Assembly: GCA_977020255.1 (NCBI GenBank)
Contig: CDROCS010002188.1
Span: forward strand, 1 to 64,000
Origin: Obrimoposthia wandeli
Taxonomy: Eukaryota
Reading direction: 5' to 3'
DNA length: 64,000 nt
Shown here: in pieces, positions 63,495-64,000 of the stretch
Layout: every line of letters starts with the position of its first letter
Numbering within the stretch: the first letter of the stretch is position 1
The notes under the pieces: generated by a model
Database searches by the model: none
What the model was told of the DNA's origin: nothing
Seen by the model: the letters and a program-made list of their open reading frames with translations, nothing else
Position numbers and translations under genes: made by a program

Positions 63495-63779
63495 TTTTTT
63501 TAAATTACTTGATATTTTTGCCATTGTCCGTTTAATATAATATGAATATTCAATTTATTTCTTCAAAAATTCATTTTTTATATGTTAAATAATATTTCTT
63601 TACCACATTATTGTGGTTTTTATCAAGTGATTTTAACTTTAAACTATAAAAATATTTTAATTATAAAGTTAGTTGCTGTACCCCGCCCACTGCATATAAC
63701 ATAAATTTCAAATATAAAGTACTATTAAGTTTATTATTTCGAATAGTAAATGATTTTTCGAGTTATTTAATTTTGTTTA

Positions 63780-64000
63780 CTAGACATTCGAAAATTTACT
63801 TGTAAACTACAATATTTATTTGTTGTTGTATATATTTAGTTTAAAATGTTGTAAGTTATTACTTTAATATAATTTTCAACAAAAAACTTCAAGTAGTTTA
63901 CTTATTAAACATAAGTTTAATGTTTTGTACAATAAATTGACTTGTAAACATAATTTATTTTGATATATTTTCAATTTAATATGTTGTAAGTTATTACTTT
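63780..64000. repeat. Start of the 134-bp tandem repeat in element C
   Basis: Reverse complement of the 14077-14665 unit (TTGTAAGTTATTACTTT twice). Confidence 0.85.

Larger units (their letters stand above)
60920..64000 (-). mobile_element. Non-autonomous Polinton-derived element C (same family as X), runs off the window
   Basis: Starts AGTAGGTGGAAGGATGGAGTCTAAGCCACTTGACC at 60920 (flank TACATA); then arm repeats, polB remnant (61408-61500), satellite, and reverse complement of 14430-14960. Confidence 0.88.

Noticed and set aside
13640-64000. X and C as the two TIRs of one giant element carrying host genes
   Set aside because: Their termini point toward each other with the bodies outside, and the flanks (TTGGAG versus TACATA) do not match; they are separate insertions.
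1-64000. tRNA or rRNA genes
   Set aside because: None recognised; the only tRNA-related sequence is the 10-nt primer binding site at 31135-31144.

Overview
AT-rich metazoan (probably invertebrate) genomic DNA with spliceosomal introns; host exons stand out as GC-rich islands. Three host genes can be traced by hand: a first coding exon of a Gi/o-type G-alpha (minus, 9843-10175), a three-exon secreted lipid-binding (TULIP/JHBP-like) protein (plus, 25660-28646), and seven phase-compatible exons of a KIF19-like kinesin-8 stalk and tail (minus, 58384-34744; motor exons lie beyond the window). The dominant feature is a cluster of Polinton/Maverick (adintovirus-like) elements. Polinton A (about 1.7-8.7 kb) carries polB, protease, major capsid, a pX-like core protein, minor capsid and a chromodomain integrase. 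At 13.6-24.3 kb there is a nested, rearranged complex: a non-autonomous, satellite-filled element inserted with a 6-bp TSD (TTGGAG) exactly into the GDTDS catalytic motif of another element's polB, the two polB halves now lie on opposite strands, and a second type of terminus interrupts the pX-like gene of a capsid/protease cassette. Another copy of the non-autonomous element (60920 to window end) has amplified a roughly 178-bp satellite to more than 10 copies. Both Polinton protease genes share a tiny intron after ATG-AA. Other debris: RLE-type LINE 3' end, Bel/Pao, hAT, Tc1, piggyBac and probable Gypsy remnants. No rRNA, tRNA or CRISPR array was seen. All alignments and identities are by eye; no database searches were run.
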